Below are positions 10,472 through 17,863 of a DNA stretch of 25,303 nucleotides, in pieces. The translations under genes and the position numbers were made by a program. The DNA is from a virus (lineage: Duplodnaviria > Caudoviricetes). Within the stretch, counting starts at the first letter, position 1; each line of letters starts with the position of its first letter. Location of the stretch: the IMG/VR virus record IMGVR_UViG_3300021971_000015, positions 1-25,303 of that record, one strand, 5' to 3'. The notes under the pieces are model-generated. The model was not told where the DNA came from, did no database searches, and worked only from the letters and a program-made list of their open reading frames with translations.

Positions 10472-10829
10472 TGGGCGTACCGTCGTCTTCTGCATCCTCC
10501 ACAACATCGTCAAGGTGCATCATTTTTGCTAGGATTTGACCAAAGAATTCACTGGTTGGTTCTTCTTCTAGATCTTCTAAACGGTCAATCTGAGCATCTG
10601 TTAAACGCAAGATGTCAGAGATATAGTTTAACATAAGTTCGTTTGAATCGAATCTAGCTTCCACAAACGCTGCATATGTTTCTTCATCTGTAAGACCTTC
10701 GGTTTCAATGGTTGTTAGCTTATCGCTATCCATTTGAACCCGTAGAGTTTTCTTAATATTCTTGTTGGTTTCGTTTACTTCGATAGGCTTTTTAAGTCCT
10801 AATACCTTTGCATCAATTTTGACTGTCAT
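10464..10829 (-). CDS. Tail assembly chaperone (gpG-like), 121 aa
   Basis: RBS GAGGAG before ATG at 10829 (MTVKIDAKVLGLKKP), so the track start at 10964 is too long. Acidic protein between major tail and tape measure genes. Confidence 0.8.
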   Translation of the reverse strand: MTVKIDAKVLGLKKPIEVNETNKNIKKTLRVQMDSDKLTTIETEGLTDEETYAAFVEARFDSNELMLNYISDILRLTDAQIDRLEDLEEEPTSEFFGQILAKMMHLDDVVEDAEDDGTPSN

Positions 10830-10873
10830 ATAAATCTCCTCGTCTTTCATGAATGTTATAGTATAAATATTTA

Positions 10874-10896
10874 TATGTAACCCCCATAATTGGGGG
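10874..10896 (-). promoter_or_regulatory. Hairpin + TACATA element after the major tail gene
   Basis: Minus strand CCCCCA-ATTA-TGGGGG-TTACATA. Confidence 0.65.
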
Positions 10897-10903
10897 GAGG
10901 CTA

Positions 10904-11530
10904 CTAAACAGTAGTCGTAGTAGTAGTCGTTAAGTGAGTGCCGGGGAATAAGAATGAATCCCATGCAGCTTGGTTAAACTTAGCATTACCTTCTGATACC
11001 TTTGCATAAACAGCTTTATCAGATTGACGGTTAACAGCCGTAAAGGTCATTGAGTCAACTGCAAGTTGTTCAGTATTAGTATTAGTAGCCATACTGTGAT
11101 CTTCAAGACCAAAAGTACCCTTCAACAGAGCAAAGTGAACCAAGTCTTCTTGACGGTTATGAGTGATAAATTCAAGAACCGAGTATGGAGGACGAGTGTT
11201 AGAAGTAATAACTGAAATACCGTTAGAGTTTTCTTCAACACCCGTAAGAGCATCAATGACTGTTTCTGGAATATCATTGGCACCAAGAGTTGCAGTAGCA
11301 CCAGAAGTACCCTTACCAGATGTTTCCACAACCATGTCAGAACCATAGATCTTAGTCATGGTTGGCGCTAAACCAGTGATATTACCAACAGTAATACCTT
11401 CGGCAGTCTTTTCATCAATTGTGTAGACGCCTTCCGTACCAAGTGCAGTCATAGCAGTGTCGATTTGTTCTGAGTCGTCAGACTTAAATACAGCAACCCG
11501 ACCAGAATCAATACCTTTTGTTTTAGCCAT
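10904..11530 (-). CDS. Major tail (tube) protein with C-terminal poly-Thr tail
   Basis: 208 aa; NITGLAPTMTKIYGSD and HFALLKGTF motifs typical of Lactobacillus siphophage tail tubes. Ends HLTTTTTTTV followed by TAG TAG. Confidence 0.9.
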   Translation of the reverse strand: MAKTKGIDSGRVAVFKSDDSEQIDTAMTALGTEGVYTIDEKTAEGITVGNITGLAPTMTKIYGSDMVVETSGKGTSGATATLGANDIPETVIDALTGVEENSNGISVITSNTRPPYSVLEFITHNRQEDLVHFALLKGTFGLEDHSMATNTNTEQLAVDSMTFTAVNRQSDKAVYAKVSEGNAKFNQAAWDSFLFPGTHLTTTTTTTV

Positions 11531-11546
11531 TAATAATTACCTCTTT

Positions 11547-11927
11547 CTATTTATAAATAGTTTTCTTTAAGTGATAAGTAGTATAAAATTGTGATGTTTG
11601 AGGATCTCTATCAACCCCACCACCAATTGTAATGCGCCAACCGTTATCACGAAGCATATCCAATATAGGATCTTCAATAACCGTAGTAACGTCTCTACCC
11701 TCAGATAGAGGATAAAAGAATTGGATTTGAACTGTACCATCTTTTGTGGTACCATTATCACTACCGTAATTGGAAGGGATAAGACTAATATCATTAATAA
11801 GGATTACAACCTCATTTTGCACATTAGCATGGATGGCGTTCGGTAGCCCATAAGCATATACATAGTTACTAGGAAGAAAAGAGTAGTTTTCGTTTCTAAT
11901 AAGGTTTTTAATATCATTAGAAATCAT
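11547..11927 (-). CDS. Tail terminator / tail completion protein
   Basis: 126 aa directly before the major tail gene; YGSD, VQIQFFY and DRDPQT motifs (DUF806-like). Confidence 0.75.
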   Translation of the reverse strand: MISNDIKNLIRNENYSFLPSNYVYAYGLPNAIHANVQNEVVILINDISLIPSNYGSDNGTTKDGTVQIQFFYPLSEGRDVTTVIEDPILDMLRDNGWRITIGGGVDRDPQTSQFYTTYHLKKTIYK

Positions 11928-12383
11928 TTAAATAACCCCCTTCTTCTTTAACAGGGCCATTGCAACGGTTCTTTGTGCAGCATAAACCTCTCCATAAGGA
12001 AGAGATGCGGCAGCTTTTTCAAACCAAAATTGCGCTGGTTGACGATATGTCCCCCAGTCAGTCCACGCAACGATTGGATATACTTTACGATTAAACCCAA
12101 CCTCAGTAGCACCATTAAAGAATTGGTTTGGTTTATGAGTAATACCATCACGAATGTGGCCTACTGAATAACCATATAATTCTTTGTGAGTAACGTCCTC
12201 GTTGTCTAGATACGGGGTGTGGTCATACAGATGTTTTTCAACGATCTCTGCACCAGCCTCAACGATTAAAGAACGTTCAGCACGATCGAATCCAACCTTA
12301 TTAACGAGATTGAGCATGCTGTCAGTGCCTTCTTCACCAATGCTCCAGAAGTCAGTGCTGTTACCTGTTACTTTAATCGCCAC
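11928..12383 (-). CDS. HK97 gp10-like neck protein
   Basis: RBS GGAGG then GTG at 12383 (track start is too long). Motifs EAGAEIV..L...TP, GHIRDGI, VGF and DWGTYRQPAQFWFEKA. Confidence 0.8.
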   Translation of the reverse strand: MAIKVTGNSTDFWSIGEEGTDSMLNLVNKVGFDRAERSLIVEAGAEIVEKHLYDHTPYLDNEDVTHKELYGYSVGHIRDGITHKPNQFFNGATEVGFNRKVYPIVAWTDWGTYRQPAQFWFEKAAASLPYGEVYAAQRTVAMALLKKKGVI

Positions 12384-12807
12384 CAAAACCACCTCCACTC
12401 GATGAACTTGTTGTATCTTCTCCAAACGAAGTACTAGAGCCACCGTTTTTAACAACTGATTTAAGAGATAATAAATCATAAGTGAAAATAGCAGATGTAT
12501 CAGGGACGATATAGGTCACAAGGTAATACTTACCACGAAACTTAGCAGTGTAAGTATCGTAATCAAAGTTTGGACGATGTTTAACCGCAACTACCAAAGT
12601 GTTTTCTAGGTCAGAACCATTAACAGAAGCAATGACACGATCACTCACACGGTATTGACTACAGTGAAAAGTATACTTTGTTTCAAAAGTTGCGTCCGTG
12701 ATAGCGGCTCCATTATCAATAATCTGACCATTGTCAAGTTCTGTAAACCCGTTTTCGCCAAGTAACAGTTTTTCTTTGTATCGCCAAAGATCAATTTTGT
12801 TAGCCAT
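12373..12807 (-). CDS. Head closure / head-tail adaptor with Ser/Gly-rich C-terminal tail
   Basis: 144 aa; VVAVKH..AKFRGKYYLVTYIVPD..YDLLSLK pattern; position between connector and gp10-like gene. Ends GGSSTSFGEDTTSSSSGGGFGGD. Confidence 0.75.
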   Translation of the reverse strand: MANKIDLWRYKEKLLLGENGFTELDNGQIIDNGAAITDATFETKYTFHCSQYRVSDRVIASVNGSDLENTLVVAVKHRPNFDYDTYTAKFRGKYYLVTYIVPDTSAIFTYDLLSLKSVVKNGGSSTSFGEDTTSSSSGGGFGGD

Positions 12808-12818
12808 TTAATCGCCTC

Positions 12819-13106
12819 TTATATTGATGGGTTTCTTACATAGTCCATCAAGGTATCAAGAGATGATGAGTTGACTGTACCACTAACAGGAGTCCCATCA
12901 CGACGAAGATAGAAACCAGTTGCTACTTCTAAGATAGCTCTGTCGATAACAGATTCTAAGTAATTAGATCTTGTGTTAGCGTATTGACCATCAATAATTT
13001 GTAGTTTAAGGTTAACGTAGTCAACGGCATCGTCAAAATACTTGTCAACCTCTTCATCACTATCGGCATTAATTTGATTCTTAAAGTCGTCAATTGTTAC
13101 TGCCAT
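12819..13106 (-). CDS. Head-tail connector (HK97 gp6 / SPP1 gp15-like)
   Basis: 95 aa; MAVTIDDFKNQIN.D..A.DYV...DRAILEVATGFYLRR pattern. Confidence 0.8.
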   Translation of the reverse strand: MAVTIDDFKNQINADSDEEVDKYFDDAVDYVNLKLQIIDGQYANTRSNYLESVIDRAILEVATGFYLRRDGTPVSGTVNSSSLDTLMDYVRNPSI

Positions 13107-13110
13107 CTCA

Positions 13111-14007
13111 TCACCTCTTTACTTTTTTGATTGCTGCAACATATTTCCAAGAAGCTTTATTCCGATTTACGAAGGAAAAGTCTTCATTGAATGGGTCTTC
13201 TTGTTCTTTACCTTTGTCATATTTACCCTTATAGAACAGATCTGTATCTGTTTGAGTGACACCAGCATCATGGTAAATTTTAGTCTTGTAATATTTAGAA
13301 GCACTATCAGTCGCCCAAGTGAAATCTAATTCCTTGTCAACCACAGGTCCGATATTGAAATACATCATATTCCAAAGCATCGCCCACATCTCTGCAGTCC
13401 ATACCTGAATGTCACTATCAGCTAAATTAAGCGTTCTGTACATATCAATTGAGTCAGAATATACCTTTCTCCAGTAGGCTGCTTTAGGATCTTGAATAAC
13501 CCATTGAGCACCACCAGAATTAAGGTTAATCGTCTCTAAGAAGTCAACATCCATCTTAACAACTTTTGCCATTTGAATAAGCGTACGTTGACCGTTTTTA
13601 CAATTTCTGATATAATCTAAGTTAAGGTAACCATTGCAGTTACTCCCATACCACCGATTAGGTGCTAAGTCCAGTTTATCTACATCTACAAGCTCTCTAA
13701 AAATAATATCTGAGTCACAGTATAAGTATGTGCCAATTTCACGGCTTCGATCTTCTTCAAGGTATTTAGCCCATAGATAAGGTCGAATAGCTGGCATATA
13801 TCCAAACGTTTGAATAGTATCAGAATAAACGTGGATCTCTACACCATACTTGTCTGCAAGACGCTGTGGAATTGATTCATCATCTATTTTAGTAAATAAC
13901 AGCACAATGTCTGATGGTTCTACACCTAAGTCAATAAGGTTTGTGCAGAATACCTCTAATTGCCACTCAAACTTCACTGTTGATGGTTGGCATAATACAT
14001 ATTTCAT
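13111..14007 (-). CDS. Putative GT-A-fold glycosyltransferase, resembling peptide O-glycosyltransferases (GT95/GT96-like), 298 aa
   Basis: RBS AGGGGTG, ATG at 14007 (MKYVLCQP). Ordered motifs YMPAIRPYLWAKYL, YLYCDSDIIFR (DxD), GGAQW, WTAEMWAMLW and IYHDAG. Confidence 0.7.
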   Translation of the reverse strand: MKYVLCQPSTVKFEWQLEVFCTNLIDLGVEPSDIVLLFTKIDDESIPQRLADKYGVEIHVYSDTIQTFGYMPAIRPYLWAKYLEEDRSREIGTYLYCDSDIIFRELVDVDKLDLAPNRWYGSNCNGYLNLDYIRNCKNGQRTLIQMAKVVKMDVDFLETINLNSGGAQWVIQDPKAAYWRKVYSDSIDMYRTLNLADSDIQVWTAEMWAMLWNMMYFNIGPVVDKELDFTWATDSASKYYKTKIYHDAGVTQTDTDLFYKGKYDKGKEQEDPFNEDFSFVNRNKASWKYVAAIKKVKR

Positions 14008-14043
14008 ACATTTCACCCCTTTATCGCCTATTTTTGATAACTG

Positions 14044-14066
14044 AAAATAAAATACCCTTATAAGGG
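14044..14066 (-). terminator. Weak terminator-like hairpin upstream of the glycosyltransferase
   Basis: Minus strand CCCTTATAAGGG followed by TATTTTATTTT. Confidence 0.35.
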
Positions 14067-14202
14067 ACGATATAATCAATTCTAAATAACTCCTCGATAA
14101 CTTATACTACGTATGTACTGAAACGTCTCCTATGATGCTTTGTGATGTTCGTAATGTATTCAGACAAGGATCTGTCTGATTTTTATCTTTAAAAGACAAA
14201 TT

Positions 14203-14292
14203 TTATTCAGCGGGCGTTGTAAAATCTTCTAAAGGAAGTTTACCGTCAATGTCTTTACGATAAATTGAATATAAATCATCTGGACTTACCAT
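14203..14292 (-). pseudogene. 29-aa ORF, internally deleted third copy of the FN3-like paralogues (not in track)
   Basis: Strong RBS AGGAGGAGG. MVSPDDLYSIYRKDIDGKLPLEDFTTPAE* matches PDDLYTVYKKN and VIPDFKTT of the upstream ORF. Confidence 0.55.
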
Positions 14293-14307
14293 AAAAACTG
14301 CCTCCTC

Positions 14308-14796
14308 CTATTCCGTGGGGGCAATAGTCGTACTTGTGGTAGTGGTGGTAGTTTCTGGAATTGAAATTTGAGGTAAGGTTAATACCCCGGAACCGCCTGT
14401 GTATTGAACAGTATACCCTGCAGGAATTACTTGACCGGGAACTACAGCAACTTCGGCAACTTCTTCAAAACCCTCTGCTAAGACATTGCCGCCTTCATCG
14501 TAAAGAATAAACGTGGGGTCGTCTACATCTTCTTTAACAATGATGCGAATTGAAAGTAACGTATCGTTATTATTTAATTCAATTCTATCTAATTCTGGAG
14601 TTCTCATTCCAGTAGTCTTAAAATCAGGAATAACAGCTTCCTCAGAAGTTCGTTGGTTTTTAATTTTCCATCCTGAACGTAAAGTATCAGAAACTAGCTC
14701 CGTCAAAGATATAGGGGCTAATTCATCGGTAATAAAGTCATCACCATTCTTTTTATAAACGGTATATAAATCATCTGGTAATATATTGGCAGCGAT
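14308..14796 (-). CDS. FN3/Ig-like putative capsid decoration protein B with poly-Thr tail
   Basis: Paralogue of 14813-15253 (PISLT, IPDFxTTGxRTPxLD, DVDDPxF, GSGxLTxP). Ends PETTTTTTSTTIAPTE. The track GTG overlaps the RBS, so the start is probably ATC at 14796. Confidence 0.65.
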   Translation of the reverse strand: MAANILPDDLYTVYKKNGDDFITDELAPISLTELVSDTLRSGWKIKNQRTSEEAVIPDFKTTGMRTPELDRIELNNNDTLLSIRIIVKEDVDDPTFILYDEGGNVLAEGFEEVAEVAVVPGQVIPAGYTVQYTGGSGVLTLPQISIPETTTTTTSTTIAPTE

Positions 14797-14812
14797 AAAG
14801 AGCACCTCCTTT

Positions 14813-15253
14813 TTAGTCTGGTAATGGAGCAGTAAACGCTGGGATTGTCAATGTCCCTGAACCAGAATGGTATCTGGCAGTCCAACCAACGTTTTGCAAT
14901 CCCGGTTCAATATTAATATCAAAATAGTCTGTCTTGTTTGCTGCTACGATATTATTTTGATTATCAAGAACGTCAAAATAAGGATCATCAACATCATTCG
15001 GTTGTATAAAATGAATAGTCATTACCGTACCGTCAGAATTGAACTTAGTGCTGTCTAAAACAGGTGTACGAATTCCAGTAGTTGCAAAATCTGGAATAGT
15101 TTCTTTTTCCAATGTTTTTTCATCTAAAATATACCAATTGTGGTGGGAAGATTCAGGTGTCAGCCCTGTTAATGAAATCGGGCTTTTCAAAGCGGAGGCA
15201 AACATCATATCGCCACTGTGCATTACTGTAAATGTGTCATTTTTATTAACCAA
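14813..15253 (-). CDS. FN3/Ig-like putative capsid decoration protein A
   Basis: RBS GGGAGG, TTG at 15253. Beta-rich, with SPISLTGLTP and IPDFATT / IPAFTAP ends of two tandem modules. Directly downstream of the capsid gene. Confidence 0.65.
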   Translation of the reverse strand: MVNKNDTFTVMHSGDMMFASALKSPISLTGLTPESSHHNWYILDEKTLEKETIPDFATTGIRTPVLDSTKFNSDGTVMTIHFIQPNDVDDPYFDVLDNQNNIVAANKTDYFDINIEPGLQNVGWTARYHSGSGTLTIPAFTAPLPD

Positions 15254-15281
15254 AAGAGAGCCACCTCCCTTATTCATATAT

Positions 15282-15304
15282 TATGTAAGAGGGCCGAAGC
15301 CCTC
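15282..15304 (-). promoter_or_regulatory. C(UUCG)G hairpin + TACATA element after the capsid gene and its extension
   Basis: Minus strand GAGGGC-TTCG-GCCCTC-TTACATA. Confidence 0.7.
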
Positions 15305-15313
15305 AATGTGAAA

Positions 15314-15391
15314 CTATTCCACTTCAATCGTTGCCGTAGTATCTGTTACAGATACAGACTTAACTGCAAGTGGGGATGGAATAGGATCGCT
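15314..15391 (-). CDS. Putative +1 frameshift C-terminal extension of the major capsid protein
   Basis: The +1 frame across the capsid stop reads (VLS)SDPIPSPLAVKSVSVTDTTATIEVE* and ends just before the hairpin. Confidence 0.6.
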   Translation of the reverse strand, partial: SDPIPSPLAVKSVSVTDTTATIEVE

Positions 15392-16655
15392 AGACAATAC
15401 TCGCCGTAACGAACGCTGCAGGGTTCTTAACTTGGCCGTCCATGTAGCCATCAAGAACAACTAAGTGACCACCAGCTAATGCTTGTGCAGTATCAGCCGT
15501 AACGTGAGTCAAGTTCAAGCCACCCTTGACCATGATTGCGTAACCAGCTTGGAAGTTACCAAAGATGATTTGTGAAGTAGCATTGTCGTTCAATTGATCT
15601 GAGACGTAAACTGGGGCACCGAACAATTGGTAACCGGGACGTGGAGCAACAGCTGCCCCAAATGAACCAGTGTAAGCAGTTGGCTTGAATACCAAGTATT
15701 CGTTGTTACCGTCCTTTAACTTAGACATAACGTTGAACACGTCACGTGAAACGATCCAAGCTGAACCATCTAAGTAGCTGGGGTTCAATGCGGTGTAAAT
15801 GCCAATCAATTCTTCAACCGTAACAGCATCGACAGCAGCTACCTTAGCTTTGATAGTGTCGGCATTACCAACAACTGGGCCAAAGGTGTGAGCAGCAGTT
15901 TCGCCAGTCTTAGCACCGATTAAGATAGCACGTTCCAAAGCCTTAGCCAATGAACGACCTAAACGAGCAACTGCATAGTTAACGATGTCAGGAGCACCAT
16001 CGTTAATCATAAGGTTACTTAATTGCATTGAGGCACCGACACGTTTCTGAGTCAATTCAATACTCTTCAACGTAGGAGTTTGTGCCTTAACTTCTTCAAG
16101 TTCACCAACGAAGCCATCATCAGAGTTGTCGTCTTCACGAGCAATCCGAAGGTTCCCAGTAATTGAAGGAATCTTTTCAGCCAGTGCAAATACTGGTGAA
16201 GTTTCTTGCAATTTTTCGATAATCATGTTCGCAACTTGCGTTGGGATTAAAGCGCCACCGGCACCTGCACCAGTTGAAGTACCCCATGATAAACCGTTAT
16301 CTTGCAAGGCACGTTCTTCAACAGGCAATTCTACTTGTTCTGCTGAGCGAGCTTCTGCTAAGAAGTCCTGTACTGCTGGTGTTGACATGTCGCCACGGAA
16401 TAAGTCCGCTGCGGCACGCTTTTCTAATTTTTCATCCATAGTTTTAACACTCCGTTCGTTTAATTGATTTACTTGTTTGCCATTTGCACGTTCTGTTTCG
16501 ATGTCTGCTAAAGCAGAATCAATGGAGCGAATTTCAGTTGCAATTTCAGAAATACGATCAGATTCTTCTGTTGACCGTTCTTCTTTTGCTACTAAGGCTT
16601 GCGCTTCTGCCTTAAATGAGTTACGTTTTTCTAATAAAGCTTTCTTGCTTTCCAT
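15390..16655 (-). CDS. Major capsid protein, HK97 fold, with N-terminal delta domain
   Basis: 421 aa; coiled-coil N-terminus; GGALIPTQVANMIIEKL, FVGE, KLKDGNNEYL, LFGAPVYVSD and IIFGNF motifs. RBS AAGGAGG. Confidence 0.95.
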   Translation of the reverse strand: MESKKALLEKRNSFKAEAQALVAKEERSTEESDRISEIATEIRSIDSALADIETERANGKQVNQLNERSVKTMDEKLEKRAAADLFRGDMSTPAVQDFLAEARSAEQVELPVEERALQDNGLSWGTSTGAGAGGALIPTQVANMIIEKLQETSPVFALAEKIPSITGNLRIAREDDNSDDGFVGELEEVKAQTPTLKSIELTQKRVGASMQLSNLMINDGAPDIVNYAVARLGRSLAKALERAILIGAKTGETAAHTFGPVVGNADTIKAKVAAVDAVTVEELIGIYTALNPSYLDGSAWIVSRDVFNVMSKLKDGNNEYLVFKPTAYTGSFGAAVAPRPGYQLFGAPVYVSDQLNDNATSQIIFGNFQAGYAIMVKGGLNLTHVTADTAQALAGGHLVVLDGYMDGQVKNPAAFVTASIV

Positions 16656-17863
16656 TAATCAAATACCTCCTTTAAGAAATCTAAATCAGCTGAGCGTTTT
16701 TCTCCAGCCTTTTTCTTTGCTGCTGCATCTTTAGGATCATCTTTAGGATCTTTAGGATCATCAGTAGTATCGTCAGTAGTGTCATCCTTACCAAAAGTAG
16801 GTTTAACACCCTTCTTAAAGGTAGGCTTCACACCTTTGGCACGATCTTCTGTTCCATCGTCCGCTTTGTCTTTAGCATCTTCCTTGGCCTTAGCAGCGTC
16901 TACTGGGTCTTTACCAGCACGCTTCTTATTAGCTACAGTAGTTGGTAAAGCATCACTTTCAACTGGAGTACCGTCACTGCCACCGTCTGTCGCTGCATCA
17001 GGTTCACTGTCTGTAGCAGGTGCGATGTCATCACCATCATCTCGTTTAGCAATCTTAGAGATTAATGGGGTTAATGCTGATACAATGGCGTTAACTAAAT
17101 CAGTGTGGTCGTGTGGTTGATCGCCGTCACCTTGGTCGCCCATACCCATACCTAAACCATTTTCTTCGACTACAGCTCCATCTGCTGGAACTGGTTCATC
17201 ATCATCTCGTTTAACAATTGCACGAGCTTCGATCTCTTTTAATAGATCTTCTGTTTTTGCATTTCGTAAGTCCAAAATGTCTTCCTCCTTTGGAATCGTA
17301 ATATTTGAAACCGATTTAAACCCTCGCTGTTCGAGAGCTTTAAGTTCTTTTTTATCACGAGCTTCAATTGAGGATTCTAAATACGCAGGAAAACGTACCG
17401 CAGAGACTTCAAATAAGATCAATTCCTTAACAATTCTTAAAGGAATTTTAGGAGTACGATCCCAATCTTCATCCAATACAATGAATCCAAAGCTCATATT
17501 AGAGATAACACCACACTTAATAAGCTGGTAAGTATCTCGACCTAACGTAGTGTCAATAATGCAAGCTTCCATAAATAAGCCGTTATCGTCAGCACGAAGC
17601 TTTAATGAGCTATTCACCGTTGTTGCTAGCAACTTGTCTCGATCATGTTCTGCATAGAAATCAATCGGGTGTGAAGTATCTAATAAAGCATTCTGAAATG
17701 CGAGAGGTTCAATAGTTTCCTGAAATGATTGGTTATCAGAACCCATAACTTGACTAACCGAACCAGCCTTGTTAACATATCCTGAAACCTTTAAAGAACC
17801 ATCATCGAAAGTCATATCACGAGTTTCTAATGAGAGGGTTCGTAATTCTTTAGTTTGTGTCAT
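16655..17863 (-). CDS. HK97-family prohead protease with long acidic C-terminal (scaffold-like) extension
   Basis: VSGY, FQETIEPLAF, EHD, GLF, MSFGF and LFEVSAVRFPAY motifs in the first ~170 aa, followed by a low-complexity D/K-rich tail. Confidence 0.9.
   Translation of the reverse strand: MTQTKELRTLSLETRDMTFDDGSLKVSGYVNKAGSVSQVMGSDNQSFQETIEPLAFQNALLDTSHPIDFYAEHDRDKLLATTVNSSLKLRADDNGLFMEACIIDTTLGRDTYQLIKCGVISNMSFGFIVLDEDWDRTPKIPLRIVKELILFEVSAVRFPAYLESSIEARDKKELKALEQRGFKSVSNITIPKEEDILDLRNAKTEDLLKEIEARAIVKRDDDEPVPADGAVVEENGLGMGMGDQGDGDQPHDHTDLVNAIVSALTPLISKIAKRDDGDDIAPATDSEPDAATDGGSDGTPVESDALPTTVANKKRAGKDPVDAAKAKEDAKDKADDGTEDRAKGVKPTFKKGVKPTFGKDDTTDDTTDDPKDPKDDPKDAAAKKKAGEKRSADLDFLKEVFD

Noticed and set aside
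10895-10950. Frameshift or readthrough extension of the major tail protein
   Set aside because: A double TAG TAG is followed at once by a hairpin. The overlapping upstream part of the 166-aa track ORF (YYYDYC) is a shadow of the Thr codons.
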